Assembly: GCA_016784145.1 (NCBI GenBank)
Contig: JADHVF010000001.1
Span: forward strand, 90,367-154,366
DNA: 64,000 bases
Reading direction: 5' to 3'
DNA from: Patescibacteria group bacterium
GTDB taxonomy: Bacteria; Patescibacteriota; Patescibacteriia; UBA2591; UBA6264
The stretch's first letter is position 1. Each line of letters opens with the position of its first letter. The translations under genes were made by a program, and so were the position numbers. This document shows, piece by piece, positions 26,049-36,843 of the stretch. Under the pieces are notes generated by a model. That model was not told the DNA's origin. It saw nothing but the letters and a program-made list of their open reading frames with translations, and did no database searches.

Positions 26049-26960
26049 ATGAAATACAAAAATGAAATAAAATTATATAAAAGAACAAGAGCATCTAGAC
26101 ATTCTACTAGTAGAAAAAGATTCTTGCGCAAGCGTAATAAAAAATTAAAAATTTTAATATTTATATTGGCAATAATATTGGCAATAATATTTATTTTTTA
26201 TTTTTTATTTTTTAGCAATTTTTTTAAAATTGATAAGGCAGCCATATCTTTTAATAACAGAAAATCTGAATTAATTTTAGAAGATGAAATTCAAGAAATA
26301 ATTTCTGATTTCATGAATAAAAAATATTTTTCTATTTTAGCTGGAAATAATTTAATTCTTCTTAAAACTAATTTACTTAAAAATAAAATTAAGCAAGATT
26401 CAAGAATAAGTTCTGTTTTTATTAATAAAAAATTGTTTCCTCGTTGCAAATTGCTTGTAAAAATAGAGCAAGTTGAACCAGTAGCTAATTTAATTATCTT
26501 GGGAGATAAAAAAATATATTATTTAAACTCTCTAGGACAGATAATTATGCCTTCTACTAATAATTCTGGCAATCAATTATTATATGAAATGCCTGTATTT
26601 TATGACCAGAGTTCTATAAATATAAAAAAAGCAAATGTGGTAAAATTTTTTAATAATTTATTGTCCTTTATAAATAATTCTATTTTAAAAAATATAAATG
26701 GAGTAAATATAAACAAAATAGACATAGACGAAGAGGGGAGTATACTAACAGCCAAAATGACAACAATAGATAATTGGCAAATATTTATTAACTCAGAAAT
26801 TAATATTAATGAACAATTAGTTAAATTAAATAAAATTTTATCGCAAAAAATTGGGATAGAGGAAAGAAAAGAATTAAAATATATTGACTTACGTTATGGC
26901 AACAAAATATTTCATAAATTCATAGATTTAGACGAAGAAGAAATAGAATCATTAGAATGA
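26049..26960 (+). CDS. ftsQ: FtsQ/DivIB-like cell division protein
   Basis: Basic cytoplasmic tail, one TM, POTRA-like region, C-terminal YIDLRYGNKIF. Confidence 0.75.
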   Translation: MKYKNEIKLYKRTRASRHSTSRKRFLRKRNKKLKILIFILAIILAIIFIFYFLFFSNFFKIDKAAISFNNRKSELILEDEIQEIISDFMNKKYFSILAGNNLILLKTNLLKNKIKQDSRISSVFINKKLFPRCKLLVKIEQVEPVANLIILGDKKIYYLNSLGQIIMPSTNNSGNQLLYEMPVFYDQSSINIKKANVVKFFNNLLSFINNSILKNINGVNINKIDIDEEGSILTAKMTTIDNWQIFINSEININEQLVKLNKILSQKIGIEERKELKYIDLRYGNKIFHKFIDLDEEEIESLE

Positions 26961-27045
26961 TATTGACAAAAGTGATTTTTTTTGATATATATTGATATGT
27001 TCATATAAAATTCATTAAAACAACAATTAAAGGAGGAATATCACA

Positions 27046-27345
27046 ATGAATCACACAGAAACAGGCAAGAAACGCGCCGTATTGATGCTAAAAGAGCTAA
27101 TTGACAAGCAATTTGATGCACGGGCCAAAGTTCGAACATCTATTGAATTCAAGAAGCAAAAATGCATTGCAGTATCATTAATTCTTGATAATACTATTTC
27201 ATCCAAAATACATTTTCAACCACCATTTGAATCATTTTTTGCTACTATTGACAAACCATCTAATGAAGATGATATAATGGAAACAATTGAAAGATGTGAT
27301 GGACGACAAGCATTTATTCTTTGTGAAAAAAAACAAGAGGGCTAA
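27046..27345 (+). CDS. Orphan hypothetical protein in a mini-unit
   Basis: TTGACA at 26963, GTTCAT at 26999, AAGGAGG 27030-27036, terminator 27335-27364. Confidence 0.75.
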   Translation: MNHTETGKKRAVLMLKELIDKQFDARAKVRTSIEFKKQKCIAVSLILDNTISSKIHFQPPFESFFATIDKPSNEDDIMETIERCDGRQAFILCEKKQEG

Positions 27346-27364
27346 TAATTGGCCCTCTTTTTTG
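27335..27364 (+). terminator. Intrinsic terminator
   Basis: AAGAGGGCTAA-taa-TTGGCCCTCTT followed by a T-run. Confidence 0.8.
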
Positions 27365-27469
27365 TATAAAATTAATTATTGAATAAAGAGTAGTGTTCAA
27401 GCGACGTAAAATGTATATTGTGCGACACTATCTATAACAAAACAGATACTACTCTCTCTTTATTTATTT

Positions 27470-27694
27470 CTATGGTAATATTGTTTTTTTAAGAAATGTT
27501 TCCTTTTCCGGGAAAAATACTCTTTGTTGCTGATGTTGCTCTATTTCAGCCCATATTTTAACATATTCTCTAACAAACACCGCTCCTAAGAAAAAAATTC
27601 CAAAAGTTATGATTCCCAACATAATTAAAGAAATAATTGGATGAATACTCTGCCTCCAAAAGCTGTTTAACCCATTTCTGTTATAATTTGACAT
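27470..27694 (-). CDS. Small single-TM hypothetical protein
   Basis: ATG at 27694 (MSNYNRNG) lies 10 nt after the upstream stop; one TM helix. Confidence 0.7.
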   Translation of the reverse strand: MSNYNRNGLNSFWRQSIHPIISLIMLGIITFGIFFLGAVFVREYVKIWAEIEQHQQQRVFFPEKETFLKKTILP

Positions 27695-27704
27695 AAATAA
27701 ATTT

Positions 27705-28937
27705 TTATAATAAATAATCTTCTGGATTAACTGGCATGCCATTTAATCTTACCTCAAAATGTAAATGTGGTCCAGTGGAAAACCGACCAGCCCCATATGT
27801 TCCAGGCATCCCGCCTGTTCTAGCTACCCCCTGCCCTCTTTTTATGTATTCCCCTTCTTCCACTAAAAACTCACTCACATGTCCATATAAAGTTGAAAAA
27901 TCATCATTATGAACAAGCAATAAATAACTATATCCAAGCCCCGCATTACGTGTTTTAGCCACATATCCAGAGGCAGGGGCTCTAATAAGTGTTCCCTGAC
28001 TTGCTCTTAAATCTAGCCCCGAGTGTTCTCCTATCCAATTTCTATAAGGATAATCAGGGTCATGAAATCTAGATGTAATTCCCCTATTTGTTACAGGCCA
28101 TGAAAAAATAATAATACCAGCTGGTTCCATCAAAGTTTCTCCTGACTCTTCTTTTGCTAGTTTGGCCCTAATCTCTCTTTCCATGCTAGCTATTTCATTT
28201 TCAATTTGTTTGTTTTCAGCTAAAATCTCTGCTAATAAGCTTTGGAACTTCCATTCTGCTCCTTGTGTTTCTGCTAATATATTTTTTTTTGTCTGCTCGG
28301 TTGAACTTAGTCGAGATTTTTTATTTATCAATTCAGCATCCATGTCAATCAAGTCATTTAATTCAACTCTAAGATTCTTTTCTTGAATTTCAAGTCCTTG
28401 TTTGACAAATTTTATTTGTTTTAAAAAATGATTTGTTTTTGATTGAAGCGAATTTAAATATCTAATACTATTAAAAATGGCTGATATTGAGTCATTAAAT
28501 AAGATAATTTCTACAAAGCTTTGCTCGTCAGCAGAATTAATTGTTTGTAGGATATTTGATAAACTTGCTTTAATATTTATTATTTCTTTTTTATTATCTT
28601 CAATATTATATTGAATGTTTTTTATTGATAAATTTTTTGAATCAATTTTGACTTCTTGTTGTTGTATTTCTGTATTACTTTTAAATATTTGTATTTTTAA
28701 AATATCAATTTGATTTTTTAAGGTTACTGACTCATCTCTTTTTATATCAATTTTATCTTGATAAAATTCTTTCTGATTTTTTAAATCATTTATTTTTTGC
28801 TCCTTTGCTTTTATCTGTTTTTGAATTTCTTCTATTTCTTCTGAAAAAGAATTAGAAGCAAAAATATTTCTATTTTTAATAGGGGAAAAAATTATAATTA
28901 GTATAAAAATAAAAATTATTTTTTTATTATTTTTCAT
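27705..28937 (-). CDS. Coiled-coil M23 peptidase (EnvC/CwlO-like architecture, catalytic residues intact)
   Basis: Signal peptide, long coiled coil, HSGLD, YGH, STGPHLHFEVR. Confidence 0.9.
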   Translation of the reverse strand: MKNNKKIIFIFILIIIFSPIKNRNIFASNSFSEEIEEIQKQIKAKEQKINDLKNQKEFYQDKIDIKRDESVTLKNQIDILKIQIFKSNTEIQQQEVKIDSKNLSIKNIQYNIEDNKKEIINIKASLSNILQTINSADEQSFVEIILFNDSISAIFNSIRYLNSLQSKTNHFLKQIKFVKQGLEIQEKNLRVELNDLIDMDAELINKKSRLSSTEQTKKNILAETQGAEWKFQSLLAEILAENKQIENEIASMEREIRAKLAKEESGETLMEPAGIIIFSWPVTNRGITSRFHDPDYPYRNWIGEHSGLDLRASQGTLIRAPASGYVAKTRNAGLGYSYLLLVHNDDFSTLYGHVSEFLVEEGEYIKRGQGVARTGGMPGTYGAGRFSTGPHLHFEVRLNGMPVNPEDYLL

Positions 28938-30402
28938 TATTTTTTATTTTAATTAAAATTTGATTGAGTATATTTAATACTTTTTCTTTGCCAAAAATTT
29001 CAGCAATTTGTTCTGGTGGAGGAGATTGTTTTTGCTTGGTTAAAGCTACTCTAAGAGGCCAAAAAAATTCTCCTAAACTTGAACAATTAGCTGTCCTTTT
29101 TTTTAAAACTTTCCTGATTTTTTTAGCAGTAAACAATATTTTAGGAATGCTTGATAAATCTTGCTTAATTTGTTTCAAATTAATCGCTACATCATTGATA
29201 TCCATTTTTTTCCATAAAAGCATTTCTAAATCATATTTTAAGTTATCAACAAAAAAGAATTTACTTAAATCCCCTATTTCATTTAAATGCTTAATCCTGT
29301 CTTGCTCTAATTTTACAATTTTTTTTATCCTTTTAAAATTTATTAATTTGCCTGTAGCTTTTATCCTATATTTTTGTTTGTATTTGACTATTAATTCATC
29401 TTCAATCAAATAAGGAATACATTTGGTTGTTAATTTTTTTAATTTCATTTTTCTAATATAATGACCATTCATCCAATTAAGTTTTTTTAAATCAAAAATA
29501 GCGCCTGCTTTTTGAATATCTTTTAAGAAAAAATTATTAATTATTTGTTTTAAACTCAATATTTCTTTGTCATTATTGGGGTTCCATCCAAGTAATACTA
29601 AAAAATTAATTAAAGAGTTTTTTAAATATCCTTTTTTCAAATAATCTTCAACAGATACGCTTGCTTCTCTTTTTGATAATTTTGAACGATCAGTATTAAG
29701 AATAAGAGGCATGTGAGCAAATATTGGAATATTCCATGCCAATGCTTTATAAACCAGAATATGCTTTGGAGTTGATGACAACCACTCTTCTCCTCTAATA
29801 ACATGCGTAATCCCCATTAAATGGTCATCTATTACATTTGCTAGATGATAAGTCGGCCATTTGTCAGATTTTAATAAAATAGGGTCATCAACGTGTTTTA
29901 AATCAAATTTAACCTTACCTCTAATTTTGTCTTTGAATTCAATACTCCCCTGCTCGGGTACTTTTAATCTAATAACATATTGGTCTCCTCTTTTTAATTT
30001 TATATCTATTTCTGCTTGGGTTAGGTGTTTACATCGACGGTCATATTTTGGAGCTTGCTTCACAGCAATTTGTTTGGCTCTCATTTCATCCAGGTCATTT
30101 TTTGAACAAAAACAATAATATGCTTTATTTTTATCTATTAACTGGTAAGCTATTTTTCTATATGTCTCGACCCTAGTTGACTGATAATAAGGCCCTTTAT
30201 CCCATTTTAGTCCCATTTTTTTTAAAATTTTAATTAATTTTTTGTCAGCCCCTGGGATGTATCTCTCTCTGTCTGTATCCTCTATACGCAAAATTAACTT
30301 ACCTTTATTTTTTTTAGCATAAAGCCAATTATAAAGATAAGTCCTAAATCCTCCTATATGTAAATAGCCTGTTGGGCTAGGAGCAAAACGTACTTTGACC
30401 AT
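28927..30402 (-). CDS. gltX: Glutamate--tRNA ligase
   Basis: RFAPSPTGYLHIGG, LRIEDTD, KLSKR; ATG 30402 preferred. Confidence 0.96.
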   Translation of the reverse strand: MVKVRFAPSPTGYLHIGGFRTYLYNWLYAKKNKGKLILRIEDTDRERYIPGADKKLIKILKKMGLKWDKGPYYQSTRVETYRKIAYQLIDKNKAYYCFCSKNDLDEMRAKQIAVKQAPKYDRRCKHLTQAEIDIKLKRGDQYVIRLKVPEQGSIEFKDKIRGKVKFDLKHVDDPILLKSDKWPTYHLANVIDDHLMGITHVIRGEEWLSSTPKHILVYKALAWNIPIFAHMPLILNTDRSKLSKREASVSVEDYLKKGYLKNSLINFLVLLGWNPNNDKEILSLKQIINNFFLKDIQKAGAIFDLKKLNWMNGHYIRKMKLKKLTTKCIPYLIEDELIVKYKQKYRIKATGKLINFKRIKKIVKLEQDRIKHLNEIGDLSKFFFVDNLKYDLEMLLWKKMDINDVAINLKQIKQDLSSIPKILFTAKKIRKVLKKRTANCSSLGEFFWPLRVALTKQKQSPPPEQIAEIFGKEKVLNILNQILIKIKNNEK

Positions 30403-30418
30403 AAAAATATGTAATTTA

Positions 30419-31300
30419 TTATTTAGTGCTTTCAACTCTTTGCCAAATTTTTGCCAGTTTTGGTTGAAATATTTTTATTTTTAAAAAAATTAAAAACCAT
30501 AAATATATTCTAGCCAAAAAAAGTACAAAAGTCCAAAGAAATTCTTTAATTGTTTTAGGAAAAAATAAGAATAAAATTACTCCATCTTTTATTTCTTGCC
30601 AAAATGTTCTAGTTTTTAATTTATGATTAGTTGTTTGTATAAATTTTTGTTTATATCCTCCTGTTGACCTAAGTTTTTGCTTCATCCAGTCCTTAAAATT
30701 ATCAGGATACTTAACATAAACAATTGATTTAGGAGAATATGATATGTTATATCCCTTTGATTTGATGATTTGCGTTATTAATCCATCTTCTGCTAGAACA
30801 TTTTTTGGAATTTGGCTAATTATATTTCTAAATGAATATAAATATCCTGAACAAGGAAAGTTTGTTTTTGTCATTCTCCACTTATGAGCCGCATGAGTTA
30901 AAAAATGAGACCAATATCCTAGCATTTGTTTTCTTGAGTTAAGACTAACGGGCCTGCCAGTAATTGCTCCTATTTTTTTATCTTTAAATGGCCTTATAAG
31001 AGATTCAAGCCCTTTATTATCAATATAAACATCTCCATCAGTTAAAATTAAAATATCTCCTTTTGCTTTTTTAAAGGCGAGATTAAGGGCAGCTGGTTTA
31101 CCTTCTGCTTTGTCTTTTAAATATTTAATATATTTATATCTTTGAGATAATTTAGTCACAATTTTAGCTGTTTGCTTGTCAGGACCAATAACTAAAATTT
31201 CAATTTTATAATTTTTATCTAATCGGCTACGCAATATTTCATCAATTGCTTTTAAAAGAGTTCCCTCTTCTCTGCAGGTTGTAATAATAATAGAAATCAT
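30419..31300 (-). CDS. Glycosyltransferase family 2
   Basis: ISIII, GKPAALN, TDGD, AED, QKLRS, C-terminal hydrophobic segment. Confidence 0.88.
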   Translation of the reverse strand: MISIIITTCREEGTLLKAIDEILRSRLDKNYKIEILVIGPDKQTAKIVTKLSQRYKYIKYLKDKAEGKPAALNLAFKKAKGDILILTDGDVYIDNKGLESLIRPFKDKKIGAITGRPVSLNSRKQMLGYWSHFLTHAAHKWRMTKTNFPCSGYLYSFRNIISQIPKNVLAEDGLITQIIKSKGYNISYSPKSIVYVKYPDNFKDWMKQKLRSTGGYKQKFIQTTNHKLKTRTFWQEIKDGVILFLFFPKTIKEFLWTFVLFLARIYLWFLIFLKIKIFQPKLAKIWQRVESTK

Positions 31301-31429
31301 TTTATTTTTCTTTCAATATTATTTTATAATTATAGCATAATTACAAAATAATCAAAATGCTTTACCAAGTTAAAATATTTTAGTAAAATATAAAATAATT
31401 CTTAATTTAAAAATTTTAATTTTCTTTTC

Positions 31430-31456
31430 TTAGCACTCTATGTCCTTGACTGCTAA
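31430..31456 (+). promoter_or_regulatory. CIRCE element (HrcA operator) overlapping the clpB promoter
   Basis: TTAGCACTC-N9-GACTGCTAA (one mismatch to consensus); -35 TTGACT 31446-31451, TGTTATAAT ending 31473. Confidence 0.88.
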
Positions 31457-31480
31457 TATTATTATGTTATAATATATATT

Positions 31481-34096
31481 ATGAATAACTTTACTATCAA
31501 AGCGCAGGAAGCAATTCAAACAGCGCATAATATAGCAATTGAAAACAATCAACAACAAGTTGATGTAAGTCATCTAATACTTGCCCTGCTGACACAAACA
31601 GATGGTGTTATTTTAGCTGTCTTAAAAAAAATGGAAATAGACATAGCTAAATTAAAAATAAAAGCTGATAATTTAATTAAATCAGCTCCAAAAATTAAGC
31701 AAGAACAAACTGCTAATGTTGCAGAAATGTTTATTTCTCCCTTGCTTCAAAAAACTATATTCATGGCATCAAGAGAAGCAAAAAAAATAAAAGATGAATA
31801 TGTTAGTACAGAACATTTTTTTCTAGCAATTCTTACAATCCCCTCAACATTAAAAGATGCATTAAATAAAGAATTTCAAATTGATTATGAGAAAATATTA
31901 AAAATATTAGCAGATGTTCGTGGTTCTGAAAGAATAACTGAGCCAGACCCTGAGAGCAAGTATCAAGCATTAGAAAAATATACTGTAAATTTAACAAAAA
32001 TGGCTCGTAACGAAGAAATTGATCCAATTATTGGTAGAGATAATGAAATAAGAAGGATTATTCAAGTATTGAGTAGAAGAAAAAAAAATAATCCTGTTTT
32101 AATTGGTGAAGCAGGTGTTGGCAAAACAGCTATTGCAGAAGGATTAGCCCAAAGAATTGTAGCCAAGGATGTTCCAGAGTCATTAAAAAATAGAGAATTA
32201 GTTTCGCTTGACCTAGGAGGAATGATTGCTGGTACAAAATTTAGAGGAGAATTTGAAAGCCGATTAAGGGCAGTTTTAAGAGAAATAAAAAAATCAGGGA
32301 ATTATATCCTTTTTATTGACGAAATGCATACTTTGGTTGGTGCAGGTGGAGCAGAAGGGTCAATTGATGCTTCAAATATGTTAAAACCAGCCTTGGCCAG
32401 AGGAGAATTGCATTGCATAGGGGCAACAACCTTAAAAGAATACCAAAAACATATTGAAAAAGATGCAGCTTTAGAACGTCGATTTCAACAAGTTTACGTG
32501 AAAGAACCAAATATAGAAGATGCAATTACTATTTTGCGAGGGATAAAAGAAAAATATGAAATACATCATGGCGTAAGAATCACGGACAAGGCAATTATAG
32601 CTGCTGTTAATCTATCAAAAAGATATATAAGTGATCGATTTTTGCCAGATAAAGCAATTGATTTAATGGATGAAGCCTGTTCAGCACTAAGAATGGAAAT
32701 AGAAAGCCAGCCAGAAGAATTAGATAAATTGCAACGAAAATATAGACAAATTGAATTAGAAATTGCTGTTTTAAAAAAAGATAAAAAAGCCAAACAGCAA
32801 AAAGCAAAGTTAAACAAAAAATTAGCAAATTTAAGAGAAAAAATTAAAGCAATTAAAATTAGATGGAAGACAGAAAAAGACATTATTACTAAAATCCATA
32901 AAACAAAAGAAACTATTGATAAATTAAAACAAGAATCTGAAATTGCTGAAAGAGAAACAAAATTACAAAAAGTAGCCGAAATAAAATACGGATTAATCCC
33001 AGAATTAAATAAAAAAATAAAAACATATCAATCCAGATTAAAAAAGATTCAAAAAAATGAAAGAATATTAAAAGAAGAAATTGGAGAAGAAGAAATAGCT
33101 AAGATTGTATCTAGGTGGACAGGAATTCCAGTATCTAAAATGATGCAAGCAGAGAGCGAAAAACTAGCCAACATGGAACAAGAGATTCATAAAAGATTAA
33201 TTGGTCAAGCAAAAGCTGTCATGGCCGTTGCTAATGCAATTAGAAGGTCTATGGCAGGAATATCAGAAGAAAACAAACCAATTGGTTCATTTATTTTTCT
33301 TGGTCCAACAGGGGTTGGCAAAACAGAATTAGCAAAAAGTTTAGCAGAATTTTTATTTAATACTGAAGAAGCGTTAGTTCAAATAGATATGTCAGAATAT
33401 ATGGAAAGTCATGCTGTCTCAAAAATAATTGGGTCCCCTCCTGGTTACATAGGATATGATGAGGGGGGGCAATTAACAGAAATTGTTAGAAAAAGACCGT
33501 ATTCTGTAATTCTTTTTGATGAAATAGAAAAAGCCCATCCAAAAATATTTAATATTTTATTACAAATATTAGACGAAGGAAAGCTTACTGACGCTAAAGG
33601 CAGAACAGTTAATTTTAAAAATACTGTTATTATAATGACTTCGAATATCGGAACTGATTTAATAAAAGATTATTCATCAAAATCTAATATTGGATTTGAA
33701 TCAGAAAAAACCAAGCAAACGCAAGGAGAAATAATAGAGGAAAAGATTTATGAATCCCTAAGAAAAACATTTAAACCAGAATTTTTAAATAGAATTGACG
33801 AAACAATTATATTTCATACTCTCGCAAAAAAACATATTAAAAAAATTGTTGACTTGCAATTAAAAAAAGTAGCTATTAGATTAAAAACAAAAAAGCTTAA
33901 ATTAGTGGTTACAGATAAGGCAAAAGATCTTTTAACAGAGCTTGGGTATGATATAACATATGGAGCTAGGCCGTTAAAAAGAGTAATTCAAAAAGAAATT
34001 CTTGACAAACTTGCTTTAAAAATGATTAGTGGACAAGCAGACAAAAAAAGAGTCTTTAGGGTTGATGTAAGGAATAAAAAAATATTTATAAAATAA
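31481..34096 (+). CDS. clpB: ATP-dependent chaperone ClpB
   Basis: Clp-N repeats, two AAA+ modules ([16 protein letters not shown]), long middle coiled coil, YGARPL. Confidence 0.96.
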   Translation: MNNFTIKAQEAIQTAHNIAIENNQQQVDVSHLILALLTQTDGVILAVLKKMEIDIAKLKIKADNLIKSAPKIKQEQTANVAEMFISPLLQKTIFMASREAKKIKDEYVSTEHFFLAILTIPSTLKDALNKEFQIDYEKILKILADVRGSERITEPDPESKYQALEKYTVNLTKMARNEEIDPIIGRDNEIRRIIQVLSRRKKNNPVLIGEAGVGKTAIAEGLAQRIVAKDVPESLKNRELVSLDLGGMIAGTKFRGEFESRLRAVLREIKKSGNYILFIDEMHTLVGAGGAEGSIDASNMLKPALARGELHCIGATTLKEYQKHIEKDAALERRFQQVYVKEPNIEDAITILRGIKEKYEIHHGVRITDKAIIAAVNLSKRYISDRFLPDKAIDLMDEACSALRMEIESQPEELDKLQRKYRQIELEIAVLKKDKKAKQQKAKLNKKLANLREKIKAIKIRWKTEKDIITKIHKTKETIDKLKQESEIAERETKLQKVAEIKYGLIPELNKKIKTYQSRLKKIQKNERILKEEIGEEEIAKIVSRWTGIPVSKMMQAESEKLANMEQEIHKRLIGQAKAVMAVANAIRRSMAGISEENKPIGSFIFLGPTGVGKTELAKSLAEFLFNTEEALVQIDMSEYMESHAVSKIIGSPPGYIGYDEGGQLTEIVRKRPYSVILFDEIEKAHPKIFNILLQILDEGKLTDAKGRTVNFKNTVIIMTSNIGTDLIKDYSSKSNIGFESEKTKQTQGEIIEEKIYESLRKTFKPEFLNRIDETIIFHTLAKKHIKKIVDLQLKKVAIRLKTKKLKLVVTDKAKDLLTELGYDITYGARPLKRVIQKEILDKLALKMISGQADKKRVFRVDVRNKKIFIK

Positions 34097-34101
34097 ATTT
34101 A

Positions 34102-35484
34102 ATGCCTAGATTTTTACACATACTATTAATTTCTATTTTAGGATTTCTATTTTTCCCTCTTAATGTCTTCGCTCTTTTTGAGCCAAATTATATTATTTCT
34201 GATCATGACCTAACTAATTATCAAGCAATGGATGTTGGACAAATTCAAGCATTTTTAGATAAAAAAGGAGGAGGAATTGCAAATTATTACACTAATGACG
34301 TTGATGGTATTAAAAAATCAGCTGCAACCATAATACATAGAGCCGGTCAAGAATATAAAATAAATCCAGAATTTCTAATAACATTATTACAAAGAGAAAA
34401 AAGCTTGATAACCAAGCAATCTCCTACACAAGATGATTATAATTGGGCTACTGGTTTTACTTGCTATGACTATCAATCCCCTGTTAGTAAATACAGGGGC
34501 TTTGCTTTGCAAGTAGATAGAGCTGCATGGAGATTTAATTATTATTTAGACCATCCTTGGCAATTTAGATATAAGATTGGAACAAAAACAACCACTCTTA
34601 TCAACTGGAAAGACCGCCCGCTTGTTCAAGAACACGGCCACATTATTTATCCTAGTAATATGGCCACGGCTGGTCTTTACAACTATGCTCCTCATCTTTT
34701 TGATAATTGGCTATTCAAAGAAATCTGGGATAATTGGTTTGTACAAGAGATTGCTAAAGAGACAAATGGGACAATTGTAAGAGCTGAAAATGAAGCAGGC
34801 GTTTGGCTTATTCAAAATAACAAAAAAAGACCCTTTCGCTCAAAAAGTGTTTTTTTAATTGGATATGATTTTAAAAATGTTAAAATAATAGACAAAGAAA
34901 AGCTTGATTCTTACGAGATTGGCGAACCAATGGGCTTTCCAAATTATTCTTTGATTCAATCCCCTGATAAAATAATATATATGATTGTTGAAGACAAAAA
35001 ACGCCCTATTTCAGAAGAAATATTTAAAGCAATTGGATTTCATCCTGATGAAATTATAGAAGTTGAATTTAATGATATTAATCTTTACAAGACAGGCAAT
35101 ACAATAAAATCACCATACCCAACCGGGGCCTTATTGCAGGACAGTAAAACAAATAGCGTTTTTTATGTTAAAGGAGATATCAAATATCCAATTATTGACA
35201 TAACAATTTTAAAAAACAATTATCCATATAGCTCTCTTATAAAAGTAGATTCAGACGAACTTAATCAGTATAAAATGTCTAGCCCAATTAAATTCAAGGA
35301 TGGATCATTGATAAAAATAGTAAATGATCCATGTGTCTATCTTATTAGCAATAGTAAAAAAATGCCTATTTTCTCGGAAGAAGTATTCAAAACAATGGGA
35401 TATCAATGGGAATCGGTTATTAATGTGTCAAAACCAGTATCAAATATACATGAATTAGGAGATGTTTTAATGATTACACAATAA
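34102..35484 (+). CDS. Secreted protein: putative lysozyme-like N-domain plus four ~60-aa G-x-L/I...VY-x-I...K-R/x-P repeats
   Basis: Signal peptide; AATII..A..Y.INP..L...LQRE.SL; ATAGLYNYAPH; four repeats from about aa 222. Confidence 0.75.
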   Translation: MPRFLHILLISILGFLFFPLNVFALFEPNYIISDHDLTNYQAMDVGQIQAFLDKKGGGIANYYTNDVDGIKKSAATIIHRAGQEYKINPEFLITLLQREKSLITKQSPTQDDYNWATGFTCYDYQSPVSKYRGFALQVDRAAWRFNYYLDHPWQFRYKIGTKTTTLINWKDRPLVQEHGHIIYPSNMATAGLYNYAPHLFDNWLFKEIWDNWFVQEIAKETNGTIVRAENEAGVWLIQNNKKRPFRSKSVFLIGYDFKNVKIIDKEKLDSYEIGEPMGFPNYSLIQSPDKIIYMIVEDKKRPISEEIFKAIGFHPDEIIEVEFNDINLYKTGNTIKSPYPTGALLQDSKTNSVFYVKGDIKYPIIDITILKNNYPYSSLIKVDSDELNQYKMSSPIKFKDGSLIKIVNDPCVYLISNSKKMPIFSEEVFKTMGYQWESVINVSKPVSNIHELGDVLMITQ

Positions 35485-35488
35485 AATT

Positions 35489-36253
35489 ATGTTATCTTTT
35501 TCTGTTATAATTCCAAATATGCCAATTATTATTCCTGAAATTAATTCAGGCAAACTTGATTTATTCAAAAAAACAAATCATTCAATCAAAAATATATCTC
35601 AAGCAAAATCTTTATTAGCTCCTGATTCAATAATAGTTTTATCTAGTCATTTGCCAATTTTTAATAATGCTATGGCTCTTAATTTGTCTGAAGAATATAT
35701 TACTAATTTTGCTAAATTTGGCAATTTAAAAACAACAATTAAATTTAAACCAGCTATTGAACTCTCTCATAAAATTAAAGAAAAATTTGAAACAGATAAA
35801 ATTAAATTAACAATGATAACTCAAACAAATATCGACCATCAAATATCTATTCCTTTGTATTATTTTGATAAAAACTGTCCCATAGTGCCAATCTCTCATT
35901 CATGTTTGAGCCCCAAAGACCATTATAATTTCGGGAAAAAATTAAAACAAGAGATTTTATTTACAAATAAAAAAATAGGAATAATTGCTTCTTCTAATTT
36001 TTTTCATGGACCTAAAAATAACAAAGATGAAGTTAATAAAAAACTTATAAAATATATTAAAAAAAATCAAATTCATGATTTTTTAGAATTTTTAAGTAAA
36101 CTTATCGCGAGCAACAAAGAATACATGGACTTGCTGTCTTTATGTCTTCTTTTTGGTATACTATATAAAACAAATTATAAAACAAAAATTCTGTCCTATG
36201 AGTCAATGGATAATAAAGGATTTTTAGTGACAGACTTTGATATAATTAATTAA
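35489..36253 (+). CDS. LigB/Memo-like class III extradiol dioxygenase fold protein (divergent)
   Basis: PNMPIIIPEI, PDSIIVLSSH, IDHQISIPL, IIASSNFFH, LSYE. Confidence 0.7.
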   Translation: MLSFSVIIPNMPIIIPEINSGKLDLFKKTNHSIKNISQAKSLLAPDSIIVLSSHLPIFNNAMALNLSEEYITNFAKFGNLKTTIKFKPAIELSHKIKEKFETDKIKLTMITQTNIDHQISIPLYYFDKNCPIVPISHSCLSPKDHYNFGKKLKQEILFTNKKIGIIASSNFFHGPKNNKDEVNKKLIKYIKKNQIHDFLEFLSKLIASNKEYMDLLSLCLLFGILYKTNYKTKILSYESMDNKGFLVTDFDIIN

Positions 36254-36268
36254 CTTTTAATAAATATT

Positions 36269-36829
36269 ATGACTAATTATTATTTATGGATTTTAATAGG
36301 GATTATTGCTGTAATTATTTTATGGATAATTGCATCATATAATTCTTTAATTCGTTGGCAAAACAGAACAAAAGAATCATGGTCAGACATTGATGTTCAA
36401 TTGAAGCGTCGCTATAATTTAATTCCGAATTTAATTAAAACCGTCAAAGCATATGCTACTCACGAAAAAGAAGTTTTTGAAAAAGTTACAAAAGCCAGAA
36501 CAACAGCCATGGGAGCACAAAATCCAACTAAAAAAGCCAGTGCTGAAAAAGGTTTATCAGGAGCTTTAAAATCTCTTTTTGCAGTATCAGAAAATTATCC
36601 TGAATTAAAAGCATCTGCTAATTTTAAATCTCTTCAAGATGAACTTGTTGATACAGAAAATAAAATTCAAGCAGCTAGACGATTTTATAATAGTAATGTT
36701 CGAGACTTTAATACAAAACAAGAAATTTTCCCCACTAATTTAATAGCTCAAATATTTAATTTTAAAAAATCTGAATTTTTTGAACTTGAAGAAAAAGATG
36801 CTAGGACAGTTCCAGAAGTAAATTTTTAA
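36269..36829 (+). CDS. lemA: LemA family protein
   Basis: YNSL, WSDIDVQLKRRYNLIPNL, ENYPELKA, ARRFYN. Confidence 0.95.
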   Translation: MTNYYLWILIGIIAVIILWIIASYNSLIRWQNRTKESWSDIDVQLKRRYNLIPNLIKTVKAYATHEKEVFEKVTKARTTAMGAQNPTKKASAEKGLSGALKSLFAVSENYPELKASANFKSLQDELVDTENKIQAARRFYNSNVRDFNTKQEIFPTNLIAQIFNFKKSEFFELEEKDARTVPEVNF

Positions 36830-36843
36830 ATTTTAAATAGACC

